A stretch of 64,000 bases of DNA from a virus. The notes under the pieces are model-generated. The model searched no databases. It was not told the DNA's origin and saw only the letters and a program-made list of their open reading frames with translations. The position numbers and the translations under genes are program-made. Location: positions 4,220 to 68,219 of IMG/VR virus record IMGVR_UViG_3300033149_003379; one strand, given 5' to 3'. Below are positions 8,429-18,129 of this stretch, piece after piece; the first letter of the stretch is position 1; each line of letters starts with the position of its first letter.

Positions 8429-10145
8429 AAATCTTGTTATAGAGATTGATTTTAATAAAAAGGATGCTGACTGGCTGAAGACTCTTAGAGAAAAGACTGA
8501 AGAACCTATTCAGAAAGAACAAGCGGTTCCTCCGAGACCGGGACTTGTGTTTGACAGACAACGACACAGATGGGTTCGACCTGTAAAGGAAGGTCCGAAG
8601 GAACCTAAGTCTTCTAATATGAATAAGCTTCGTATCTCTATACCTGATGACATAAAAGTAGATGAAGAAGTGAAGAATGTTGTCAAAGACTTCGAAGAAT
8701 CCTTAGAGAAAATGCAGAATGATGATGACTTTGTTCCTTCATATTCTGGTAGAGGCCTATTGGAGAGTTACTTCGGCGAATCTGTTAATAAGTTCATACC
8801 ATTACTTATTGATTATTACACGAAGGCTCTCGATGTATGTGTGAAGAATGAAAAACATACTGTTAGATTTCAGTATTTCGCAGCTTGGGCACAGAGCCTT
8901 GTCTCAATTTTAACTTCTGATGAATGCAAGAAGTATTCTAAGGAAATAAGAGCTTTGATAGAAACATGCTTGAGAAAAAAGTTTGTAGTAAAGGACATAG
9001 AGCCTAATTTTTATAGCCTAAACGAACTTTACACTTCTGGCCCTGTCATACTCAGGAGGTATTTCGGTCTCTTCTGCAAGTATGCATCATCACTAAGTGA
9101 ACTTGAGGCCGTTCTTAAAGTAGAAGTCTCAGACGAGCTTTTAGAGAAGTTTCGTAAGAAATTATATTCTTGGCTCGAACACCCAGATAAAATCTCACCA
9201 GCCGTACACGCCAGATTAGAAAACTTAATGTCCTTCTTAGCAGTTTATTGCAAACCTTCACAACTTGAAACCATAAAAGAACTTGAACATAAAGAATATA
9301 TGACTCTGAGTTCTTATGCTGATCCAGAGGTCAGCTCGCTACTAGAGAGAAAGATTAAGGAAAGACAAGACCGTATAAACAAAGTAGGTCTCAACAATAT
9401 CAAGCATTTCGCAGAAACTGGTGAATTGAAATTACCGATTGGCAATGAATTCAGAAGCATGCTAGAAGCCGTTCCTGATATGAGCGTAAAGGACCCTGGT
9501 AAGGAGACTAAGAAATTAGTGAGAGAAATCATGAGTGAACTTGGTCTTGCAAAGGTTCATTCAAAGCTAGTCTTAGATTGGGAAAAGTCAGCAAATTCGA
9601 CAGGAGGAAACGTCCTATCAACATATATTGCGAAATTGTATGACGAGAAGGTGAAGTATCATAAACTGAGAGATGAACTTAGTGTTTCGTCTGAGGTCCG
9701 AGAAGCAGAAGATAGGTTCGGAGAAGACAAACTTTTGGAATACACCAAAAAACACTATGAGTTGACACAACAGATGTTGAAGTACTCATTTCCTCATAAG
9801 AATACAATTACCTTGTATAGAGGAACCTCCGTTGAAGAAGGTAAGGGCAAGAAGTTTAAAAGTGACATCACAGAAGGGAGAGTGAAGTTAGGTGACTCGG
9901 TCGAAGTTGATGCTAATTCAGTTAGTAGTTGGACGCTCGACAAAAAGGTTGCTCGTAAATTTGCGAAAAGTAGAGCTACTCAAGGAGTAGTATTGAAGGC
10001 AGAAGTTCCGCTGTCTTCTGTATTTGGATATTTAGCTTCATATTGTTATAACGGAAATGAACGTGAATTCCTCGTAATAAAGAGACCAGAGAATACCTAT
10101 TACTTAGAAGATACTTGGGTACATTACGGAGATGACAATGACTAA
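8421..10145 (+). CDS. Tandem paralog of 6683..8428, ADP-ribosyltransferase-like
   Basis: GAGGAGG RBS before ATG 8421; same leader and TLYRG/SSWT/EREF motifs; long shared blocks such as DMSVKDPG and NSVSSWTLDK. Confidence 0.65.
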   Translation: MNKNLVIEIDFNKKDADWLKTLREKTEEPIQKEQAVPPRPGLVFDRQRHRWVRPVKEGPKEPKSSNMNKLRISIPDDIKVDEEVKNVVKDFEESLEKMQNDDDFVPSYSGRGLLESYFGESVNKFIPLLIDYYTKALDVCVKNEKHTVRFQYFAAWAQSLVSILTSDECKKYSKEIRALIETCLRKKFVVKDIEPNFYSLNELYTSGPVILRRYFGLFCKYASSLSELEAVLKVEVSDELLEKFRKKLYSWLEHPDKISPAVHARLENLMSFLAVYCKPSQLETIKELEHKEYMTLSSYADPEVSSLLERKIKERQDRINKVGLNNIKHFAETGELKLPIGNEFRSMLEAVPDMSVKDPGKETKKLVREIMSELGLAKVHSKLVLDWEKSANSTGGNVLSTYIAKLYDEKVKYHKLRDELSVSSEVREAEDRFGEDKLLEYTKKHYELTQQMLKYSFPHKNTITLYRGTSVEEGKGKKFKSDITEGRVKLGDSVEVDANSVSSWTLDKKVARKFAKSRATQGVVLKAEVPLSSVFGYLASYCYNGNEREFLVIKRPENTYYLEDTWVHYGDDND

Positions 10146-11067
10146 GAAATATGTCATAGAGATAGACTTCGATGCAGATGATGTGGATTGGTTGAAGCAG
10201 GTCAGAGAGGACACTCCTGAACCTGAGGAGGACCTTGATTCTGAAGATCTGATTAAGGACCTTGACGACTACGCCCTTCAGGAGATTATGGGTCATAAAT
10301 TTGCCATAATGGATAACGGAGGTACCAAGCAGAAGCCAGTCAAGCTGAACCATCTCGCTCCAGGAGAGGAGCCTCCAAAGGGTGCTCATTTGTATGTTGG
10401 ACCTAGAGGAGGACGTTACTATTACTACACAGGTGATAGTAGCATCACAGATGATAAAAAGAGGGCCCCAGATGCACATCCTGGTAGGCCAGAGGGCACT
10501 CGTATCGCATATTCCTATACCTTTCATAGGAACGACGATGTCAAAAATAACGACATAACGACATGGGTAGAACAGCTGAAGAAGATATCTGGCTATGAGG
10601 GCCTGACTCCGAAGGAGAAGGAGGCAATCGAAAAGGCAAAACATTCCCTACATCTCTTGAGGGCAATCAATAAGGAAGGCTCTAATGAGGACCACAATGT
10701 AATGACTATTAGAAATCCAAAGAGCGGAGAGCTCTATGGTGCTATGATGTGGACTCGTGTTCCTGAGGAGCTCTCAATACGATATAATATACCTAGATCG
10801 ATCGTGATAGAAGATTTGTGTTCATCTCCGAATGTAGTCGTAAATAGAACTAGAAAGGGTGTAGCTACAAGGCTCATGTATGAGCTCTTTAAAAATTATT
10901 TCCTTACAGATCCGAAACTTGAGGAGGTTTGCTTGTCTCCATACGAATCCGCAGTACCCTTTTATCAAAGGATCGGATTTGAAGGAGACCCTAATTATGA
11001 GGATATGACTATAACACGAAGGGATGCACAGAGATTTGTTGAACAATACGAAGCAGAGAGAATGTAA
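10132..11067 (+). CDS. GPRGG-type leader protein with C-terminal GNAT acetyltransferase
   Basis: LAPGEEPPKGAHLYVGPRGGRYY; acetyl-CoA motif RKGVATRL; AVPFYQRIGF. Confidence 0.75.
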   Translation: MTMTKKYVIEIDFDADDVDWLKQVREDTPEPEEDLDSEDLIKDLDDYALQEIMGHKFAIMDNGGTKQKPVKLNHLAPGEEPPKGAHLYVGPRGGRYYYYTGDSSITDDKKRAPDAHPGRPEGTRIAYSYTFHRNDDVKNNDITTWVEQLKKISGYEGLTPKEKEAIEKAKHSLHLLRAINKEGSNEDHNVMTIRNPKSGELYGAMMWTRVPEELSIRYNIPRSIVIEDLCSSPNVVVNRTRKGVATRLMYELFKNYFLTDPKLEEVCLSPYESAVPFYQRIGFEGDPNYEDMTITRRDAQRFVEQYEAERM

Positions 11068-12611
11068 TGGCAGTATATTCGAAGAAATTAGGAGCATGGT
11101 TAGAGCGTCTTGCTCCAGGAGAGAGTCCTCCTGAAGGTAAAAAGGAGGTTCGAGGTCCAAAAGGCGGACGCTACTACGTAATCGGTAAGGAACCAGAAGG
11201 TAAAAAGCCGACTAGAGGCCAGGAAGGCGGCATCTCTATAGAGGACCTTCTTGGTGATACTGAAGGTCTTCATAAGGATATCCTCGACGGCCTGCAGAAG
11301 ATCGCTGCTGGTCGTAATCTCACTCCTAATCAAATCTCTCGATTCGAAGATCGTGTTGTCGATCAAGTGGATCGATCTGTTACTGATAGGATCGTTAAAA
11401 CTCTAATTGAGCTGTGGAAGAAAAACAAGGCAAAGAACGGACAAACCTCTCTACAATTAGCTAGAGATTTGTCTCAAATCGCCTCTCCGCATCTAGTTGA
11501 GGAGATGATTTCTATCGGAATGGGAGGAGACGTTCTCGGAGTTAGTGATAGCTTCGTAAATAAGATTTTAGTGCAAGGTCCGCCAAAATATCAACGTAGC
11601 GTCAGTATTGTAAGAAGAATACATACTGATGAACAGTTACAAGATTACCTAAACGCCGAAGTTTTAGATACGAAGAATCTCATACGTCTATTGCCGAATC
11701 TGACAGAATCTCAACTCAAGATGGTTGAGGAATACCTAGAAGAGCACCCATTAGAAGATTCACTATATACCTCTGACAAGAAGTATTGGGATAAGCAAAT
11801 TGGAAATATGTTGTCCCTAAAGAAGGAAGTCTATGAGAACGATCGAGAATTGCTCTCATCTATAAAAGAGTACGGAGCTGATGCCCTAACTCCAGAGATG
11901 ATTTCTAATAAACTGAAGAGGTCACTTCGAAACGTAGCTAAGGAGAGCATTAAGAATCCATCTATATATTCATTACAACTGACACAGGAAATCTTCAACG
12001 AGCTAGGTTTAGGTGATATTCATAACATAATGAAGAATAGCTGGGAGGAATCAGCAAATACCTTGTTCTCTCTAGCACTACGACACAGAGCAGGAGAAAT
12101 GTACGGAAATACGAACGAGCACTCCTTAGGAGAATGGATACGTATGGTGCATGACACAGACAAGTTCTGTGAGAACATGGCTTCAATCATTAGTGATCGT
12201 TTCGAAGACGATAGATTCACAAAGTACGTTGCTACTCTGAGAAATCTGAGCCGAAGGATGCTCGATATCTCCTTCCCTGATAGTGATACTATAAAACTCT
12301 GGAGAGGAACATCAATATATGAGGTAGACTATCCGAAGGATAAGAAAGGATTTCCTCTCAGGACTAAGGAAGAGGATGTGGATATTAAATCGAATCCTCT
12401 CAGTAGTTGGACCTTGAGACGCTCAGTAGCGTTTGACTTCGCTTGGGAGCAAGGAAATCAGGTTGGAATGGTCCTGTCTACAGAGGTAGATAAGGATGAC
12501 ATCTTCTCGTACTCGGCATTGTACGCTAATGCAGGAAATGAAAGAGAATTTCTTTTGTTGAATAAAGGTCCAAGAAGGGTAAAGGCTAAAAAGGTTCTGG
12601 ATGTGAGATAA
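11067..12611 (+). CDS. GPRGG-type leader protein with ADP-ribosyltransferase-like domain
   Basis: LAPGESPPEGKKEVRGPKGGRYY; LWRG...SSWT...NEREF; related to the 6683/8421 C-termini. Confidence 0.65.
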   Translation: MAVYSKKLGAWLERLAPGESPPEGKKEVRGPKGGRYYVIGKEPEGKKPTRGQEGGISIEDLLGDTEGLHKDILDGLQKIAAGRNLTPNQISRFEDRVVDQVDRSVTDRIVKTLIELWKKNKAKNGQTSLQLARDLSQIASPHLVEEMISIGMGGDVLGVSDSFVNKILVQGPPKYQRSVSIVRRIHTDEQLQDYLNAEVLDTKNLIRLLPNLTESQLKMVEEYLEEHPLEDSLYTSDKKYWDKQIGNMLSLKKEVYENDRELLSSIKEYGADALTPEMISNKLKRSLRNVAKESIKNPSIYSLQLTQEIFNELGLGDIHNIMKNSWEESANTLFSLALRHRAGEMYGNTNEHSLGEWIRMVHDTDKFCENMASIISDRFEDDRFTKYVATLRNLSRRMLDISFPDSDTIKLWRGTSIYEVDYPKDKKGFPLRTKEEDVDIKSNPLSSWTLRRSVAFDFAWEQGNQVGMVLSTEVDKDDIFSYSALYANAGNEREFLLLNKGPRRVKAKKVLDVR

Positions 12612-14005
12612 TGAAGGAAATATTAGTAGACGACAACTACAATGCTGACTGGATAAAGAGGGTCAAACATAAGAGGCGCCAATTGAGAGAGGCAGCCGAA
12701 CTTGAGGAGTCCGTCCATAAGTCATCCTGTCCTGAAGGGCTCGAAATTGAGCTCCAACAGTTGAGTCCTGGTCAAAGCCTGTTTGAGGACGCACTAGTTC
12801 TCTCTAGTGTTAAAGGAGATCGAATTGGCGTAATCAGTAAGGGTAGAGTCTATTTGAAGCCATCTGAGGCTCCTTCGAAGGGAGCAAGCGTAAAGGTTGG
12901 CCCTAGAGGAGGCAGATACTACGAGACTGGAGACTCAGGACAAGTCTCTGAAGAGCCTAAGAAAATAACTTATACACCGTCTCAAGTTTCAGCTTATTCT
13001 ACTGATTACTCTACTAGGGAGGACTTCAGAAAACTCTACGAAGACTGTGATAAACTTCTTAATAAATACGATGAATGGCTCAACAATAAGGATGTGCCTA
13101 AAGACACAAAGGATGTCGTCAATGATATGAAGGAGAATCTAATTGCTATCAAGAAAACATTAGATGATTCTCCTTATGATACGAGAGTATTTTCGGTAAA
13201 GGATTCAAAAGGTAGACCACTCAACATCGCAGCTATTCGTCATGATCGGAAGGAAGACATGATAAGAGTCATGCCTACGTCAGTAGCTCCTGAAGCACTC
13301 AGTGGGTACTCAGACAACTTCGATAGGATTGTTCTTTATCATGCTACCTTGATGTCAAACGAAAGAGTCGTAGAAACTCTTGAGAAAAATGGAAGATATT
13401 TAAATGGTCCAGATAGAATTCTTGTGGTTAGAAATGCTTTAGAGGATGAACTAGGTATAAAACCGAAGATATATGAACAATCTGTCGAGAAGAGAGCGGA
13501 ATCTAGAAGGTACGCTAAAAGTGTTCTTGCGCGTAATGTATATGATGAAAAGCTTGCAGAGCCAGCACTTCAAGGAATAATGAAGAGTCCTCCAGAGCAT
13601 CTGAAGAACTTGAAGAGACTCATAATATCAACGAAGGCTCTTTGGGCTGTTGCTCCAAATGCAGCTGGAGCCTTTGATAGTGAAACAAACTTTCTTTATT
13701 ACGGAGACCCTCATTCAGACCCTTCAGTTGCATCCCATGAAGTCGGTCATCTTGTATACTCCACCTTATTGACACCAGAACAAAAGGAATGGATTCGTAA
13801 TAGATATTCTCTCTTGAGCAATCAAGTTTGGTACTTATTAACAGTTCCTCAATCGCTCTTTATCACTCCATATTCAGCGGTAGTTAATGATAATGAATGG
13901 TTCGCAGAGTGTTATAGAGCATACTTGAATAAACCAGAGACTCTATGGACTGTAGACCCTACAGTATACAAATTCTTAGAGAAGGAGGTCTTCCATAATG
14001 ACTAA
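12611..14005 (+). CDS. GPRGG-type leader protein with C-terminal zincin metallopeptidase (anthrax LF/MPTase-like)
   Basis: YLKPSEAPSKGASVKVGPRGGRYY; HEVGH; YS....NEWFAE. Confidence 0.7.
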   Translation: MKEILVDDNYNADWIKRVKHKRRQLREAAELEESVHKSSCPEGLEIELQQLSPGQSLFEDALVLSSVKGDRIGVISKGRVYLKPSEAPSKGASVKVGPRGGRYYETGDSGQVSEEPKKITYTPSQVSAYSTDYSTREDFRKLYEDCDKLLNKYDEWLNNKDVPKDTKDVVNDMKENLIAIKKTLDDSPYDTRVFSVKDSKGRPLNIAAIRHDRKEDMIRVMPTSVAPEALSGYSDNFDRIVLYHATLMSNERVVETLEKNGRYLNGPDRILVVRNALEDELGIKPKIYEQSVEKRAESRRYAKSVLARNVYDEKLAEPALQGIMKSPPEHLKNLKRLIISTKALWAVAPNAAGAFDSETNFLYYGDPHSDPSVASHEVGHLVYSTLLTPEQKEWIRNRYSLLSNQVWYLLTVPQSLFITPYSAVVNDNEWFAECYRAYLNKPETLWTVDPTVYKFLEKEVFHND

Positions 14006-15224
14006 TAAATACAAAGATTGGAAATCTGAAATTGACGGGATAAAGGTCGATCCGCCTCTCGACAAAATACCCGATGTCGAGGACCTCATAGAGAAGCTCA
14101 AAGGACTGCGAAAGTCTAGCAATGAGATAGTTGCTCTCTCGGACATAAAGGGAAATGTTGTGAAAATCGATCCTGAGGTCGAGCCAAATGATACGGAGAG
14201 ACTCAAAGGTAAGCTCTTGAAGGATAATGAGGAGAAGGCAAAGACATCGTCTTCTATAGACGAAATTGAAGAGCTAGAAGAGGAGGAGCCTCCGTTTGTT
14301 GGAGAGGTCACCCCAGATGAACTAGAGGTGAAATCCGAGGACGATATCCTTGACGAAATAGCCCAATTCATCGTGGACAATCCAGACTACACCGAGGATG
14401 AGCTGAGGGAGCTAGCAGATAGGGTCTCTATTGATTTCGATGACTTGAAAGAGATGCTGTCTCCAGAGCGCCTTGAGAAGGCTAGAAGATACGGTCATCC
14501 CAGGACTGAAGAGGAGCGTAGGGAACGACATGCTCGTCTTCATCCAGGAGAGGCCCTGCCTGAACGAGGAACAGGAAGACTTGCCTTGACTGGTAGTGAT
14601 GGATCAGTCATCAAGTGGTTTGAGAATCAACGAGAGATGAACGACTACATGAGGCGCTTCACCCAGTACACCCATGCAGTCCCGTTCGGTCCAGGAGGGC
14701 TGGTATGGATGATTGAATCCATTAGTATAGATAAGAATGATACCGACAGCCTCTCCAAGCTAGAATCAGTCGACTCGTATGATGATTGGAAAACGGTAAT
14801 CAGCACGATTAAGAAGGTCCAAAATCCTTCAGTAGACCTACTGTTCTCCAATACTACAACCCTACGTCTAGGCCTAGGAGATGCCCTAGATCTGCAAAGG
14901 GGCAACAAGCTAGTAGGGATCCAGGATGAAAAATTCGACCTAATGGAGGTTGAACTACTGGAGAAGGGATTTGAGGATTTGGTGTCTGAATTTAGGGGTC
15001 CTGGTGCAATCGTGATCGGCAGATCCCTCTCCGGATCTGGCACCGACGACCCGAACCTAGTGAGGATCAGCTTTGCTGCTGACTATGGGAGATACGAGGT
15101 CTATGGTATTGGTAAATCTCTAATGGAGTTGGATATTTATGGCACCAAGATCATGAAACGAGGAATTTACTCCATAGCTAGTGGAGATCCGAGTAATCTG
15201 AGCTACTCCGCTGGTCTGGTATAG
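13998..15224 (+). CDS. Acidic hypothetical protein with internal basic module (RYGHPRTEEERRERH)
   Basis: AGGAGG RBS; last gene of the coupled operon. Confidence 0.7.
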   Translation: MTNKYKDWKSEIDGIKVDPPLDKIPDVEDLIEKLKGLRKSSNEIVALSDIKGNVVKIDPEVEPNDTERLKGKLLKDNEEKAKTSSSIDEIEELEEEEPPFVGEVTPDELEVKSEDDILDEIAQFIVDNPDYTEDELRELADRVSIDFDDLKEMLSPERLEKARRYGHPRTEEERRERHARLHPGEALPERGTGRLALTGSDGSVIKWFENQREMNDYMRRFTQYTHAVPFGPGGLVWMIESISIDKNDTDSLSKLESVDSYDDWKTVISTIKKVQNPSVDLLFSNTTTLRLGLGDALDLQRGNKLVGIQDEKFDLMEVELLEKGFEDLVSEFRGPGAIVIGRSLSGSGTDDPNLVRISFAADYGRYEVYGIGKSLMELDIYGTKIMKRGIYSIASGDPSNLSYSAGLV

Positions 15225-15309
15225 GACACTCCTGGAGCTATCAGAATGCACATCTGGGGCCCTCTACAGGTAGTAGATGTAGGTAGCATCATCTAGGGAG
15301 ATTCCTGCA

Positions 15310-15680
15310 CCTAGTCCTGCTAGTGGCTGCTAGTGACTAAAGTGGCTGCGAAGGACTACAGAGGACTACCAGAAGCTGCGAAGGACTAATAGAGACTGAT
15401 TAGACTACCGTCGACTATTTGGAACCATTAGCATCTATTAGGTACTACTAATGACTACTCGAGACCACCATTTACCGATAGAAATAAAACGGTATTTCGA
15501 GGCCACTGAAGATTATGGTTGTTAATCAGGACCATGCGGACCATAGAAGAATTGAGTAATATTAGACACTACTAATGACTATAACCTCTATTTTAGTCAC
15601 CTGGACCCTCAGTAGTCGATATAGTCACTATTGAGGACCAGCAGTGACTACCTGAACTCCTGCCGGCTATTTGAGACTAC
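15310..15680. repeat. Degenerate GACTA short-repeat tract in a non-coding gap
   Basis: Ten GACTA copies on +, several on -; GCTGCGAAGGACTA x2; CTACTAATGACTA x2. Confidence 0.6.
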
Positions 15681-15831
15681 CACCTGCTTCAGTCACCAGG
15701 ACCCATGGCATTTTCATATATCAGGAGAAGGTCTTTTCAGTCGTCTACTAGCATCGGAACAGAGACAGCTCCTGGAGGGACCCTGACACGAATACAAATT
15801 TGTACCTGGATGTGCAGGTTGGGCAGAAGGG

Positions 15832-16263
15832 TTATTCGATGGGAAATTCGATTATTTGCTGTATATAGCTTCTGAGCCAGGCCACCGGTTCATTGTGTAG
15901 GTGTTTCTTTAGTACATCAGTCGAACCAAGGATCTCTAGTGACTGTACTACTGCATCTCGTACCTCTACATCCGGATGGTTCAGGGCTGAAGCTATAATG
16001 TCAATATAGTCCTCCTGATCTATCCGTCCCAAACACTTGATGATTGATGCAACAACCGAAGCATTAGTCTCGTAGGATATGAGATTATGAAGCCAATGTC
16101 TCATCTCCAATGGATGCTCAAAGAGGAGTAACCTAAGATGTTCCTCTGCTGGATGCTGGCAGCCGTCCTCAACAGGTTCGGTGTCTATGGCTAAGAGTAC
16201 CTCCAAAAGGCGATCATCAAATGTTCGGTCACTCCTTCTAGTATGTACGACATGTTGATTCAA
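15832..16263 (-). CDS. HEAT-repeat protein
   Basis: ALNHPDVEVRDAVVQSLEILG...HNEPVAWLR. Confidence 0.7.
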   Translation of the reverse strand: MNQHVVHTRRSDRTFDDRLLEVLLAIDTEPVEDGCQHPAEEHLRLLLFEHPLEMRHWLHNLISYETNASVVASIIKCLGRIDQEDYIDIIASALNHPDVEVRDAVVQSLEILGSTDVLKKHLHNEPVAWLRSYIQQIIEFPIE

Positions 16264-16264
16264 T

Positions 16265-16750
16265 CTATCTTCCTCCTACTTCCTTGTTCCACCTCTCCAC
16301 AGACTTAGACAATTCTTGGATGACACCTCTGGTATCTCGACTTGTTGCCTTGAGGCCGTCATGTAGCACAGCATATCGAAGGTGGTAGGTGAGTCCGTCA
16401 TCAGGTGTGAGCTCTCCGTCGTACCATTCGTACTGCTCGACAGAATCCTCCAGTTGTAATAATCCACCCATAATCTCAGCAACTTTGCGGAGCAACTCAA
16501 TGCCGTCGTAATTTGAACGAAGCGATAGAAGCGTGGCTCTACCTAACGGAGTAGGACTATGGCTGTGTACGTGTAATGTTCGCTCAGTATTTGTTGGACC
16601 TGTAAGGTACAATATCAAATAGTCGAGGCCCGCCGCACCGTCAATTGGGTGTTGTACCCTTATATTGCTACATCCTATTGCTTCCAATACTGCTGCGATG
16701 TCCTCTAGTCTGTAATCAACTGATATGTATAGACGTGTATCAACTCCCAT
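16265..16750 (-). CDS. Hypothetical protein
   Basis: Coupled minus-strand ORF. Confidence 0.65.
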   Translation of the reverse strand: MGVDTRLYISVDYRLEDIAAVLEAIGCSNIRVQHPIDGAAGLDYLILYLTGPTNTERTLHVHSHSPTPLGRATLLSLRSNYDGIELLRKVAEIMGGLLQLEDSVEQYEWYDGELTPDDGLTYHLRYAVLHDGLKATSRDTRGVIQELSKSVERWNKEVGGR

Positions 16751-16755
16751 TCTTA

Positions 16756-17058
16756 TTAGTCCTCCTCTCCGAGCAACTCATCATTACAAGGTTCTGGTAC
16801 ATCTCTTGGCTCCTCCTTCACGAGTTTCCACCTACAAGTGCTAGAAGACCAAAACCACGTCTCATGATGTCCACACTTTGGACACTGTAGTTCGATAAGG
16901 ACAAGTGGATTTCCCTTGTTAGACCAGTAGAGCATTGCATCAGCACATTTCATCTCAGTAAGACATGGATAATCACAACCTCTTCTAGGATAGTCTCCGT
17001 TCCGGACACATTCGAGGGTTTTCTGACATAGTCTAAGACTGTTCATACTGAAGCTCAT
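16756..17058 (-). CDS. Cys-rich zinc-ribbon hypothetical protein
   Basis: AGGAGG RBS on minus strand; CPKCGH. Confidence 0.6.
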   Translation of the reverse strand: MSFSMNSLRLCQKTLECVRNGDYPRRGCDYPCLTEMKCADAMLYWSNKGNPLVLIELQCPKCGHHETWFWSSSTCRWKLVKEEPRDVPEPCNDELLGEED

Positions 17059-17441
17059 TTGTTCCTCCTTGAATCTTAATTGATGGACCTCCTTTGGATA
17101 GTCATATAATATATTATTATCTTAGGAATGTACAAGGCAAGAGCTACATTGTACAAATCCTAGAAATACTGATATAATATTACTATATTTTATGATAAAG
17201 GAGGAACAAAATCAGCAGTCGAGCCTACCGAAAAATGTTAATCTGCAATAATGCAGACTCCTGTGACAATAAGGAATGTCCGCATAGGTATCCTCATAAT
17301 GCCTCTCTACAAAGAGGACCCCATCCTAGTATGAGATGTACCAATGTCAAAACTTCATGTGGTTTCCCTGAAGAGTCTATTTGTATAGTCAAGCGTTTTA
17401 GAATAAATCCTACTACTGGCAAGGTATGGATACGATAGGAG

Positions 17442-17750
17442 GTGTCTATGTCTATTCCTGATGCAGTTTCCTTCAAGCTTGTCCAAAATGGTAGGATTCT
17501 CCATAAAGGTTACACGTCGATACCGAACATCTATCAAAGGTTTTTCGCCCTCTACTTTCCTGATGCTAAGTTCATTGTAGGTGAGCCTGTATATAGAGCA
17601 GAAATGCCAAGAAAGGAGGCAAGAGAGACAGTTGAAACTAAGTACCATGAACAACCAAGAAAAGGACAAGAAAGGGACAAACCAAAAACCGCTCGACGTC
17701 GAAGGGCTGAAAAGAAGAACCTTTCTCAGCCGGAAGTTTTCTCACTCTAA
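17442..17750 (+). CDS. Hypothetical protein
   Basis: AGGAGG RBS. Confidence 0.5.
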   Translation: MSMSIPDAVSFKLVQNGRILHKGYTSIPNIYQRFFALYFPDAKFIVGEPVYRAEMPRKEARETVETKYHEQPRKGQERDKPKTARRRRAEKKNLSQPEVFSL

Positions 17751-18054
17751 AAAGTCCAGAAAGAAGAGGTCGAAGATGGTGATGAATCAATACTGGAGTC
17801 ATCGAGTCAAGAATGCTGAGCATCTAATCATGACAGGAGTAATTTCCTTAGAGTACTCCAATCAAGACATCTATTGGTCTGTACCATACCAGACGGCTCA
17901 ATCCTACAACCTCGACGAATCTGTCATTGATGAAGCTATCAACATATTAGTCAAACAGGGTAAGTTGAAGGACCTGAGACAGAGGCTTCAAAAAATCTCC
18001 ATCGAGGAGATAAACAAACTCGTGTGTAACTCTAGGTAATGAAAGGAGGAAGGT

Positions 18055-18129
18055 TCCCGAGTGGTGTAATGGTAGCACGTCTGGCTTTGGACCAGAAGAC
18101 TCTAGGTTCGAATCCTAGCTCGGGATCCA
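18055..18129 (+). tRNA. tRNA-Gln(TTG)
   Basis: Acceptor TCCCGAG/CTCGGGA, anticodon arm TCTGG-CTTTGGA-CCAGA, GGTTCGAATCC, encoded CCA. Confidence 0.92.

Noticed and set aside
6683-10145. Diversity-generating retroelement TR/VR pair
   Set aside because: The similarity is whole-gene paralogy with differences at all bases rather than adenine-specific ones, and there is no reverse transcriptase in the window.
696-15043. Many minus-strand ORFs overlapping the large plus-strand genes (also throughout 33-64 kb)
   Set aside because: They are antisense shadows of well-supported genes and have no recognisable motifs.
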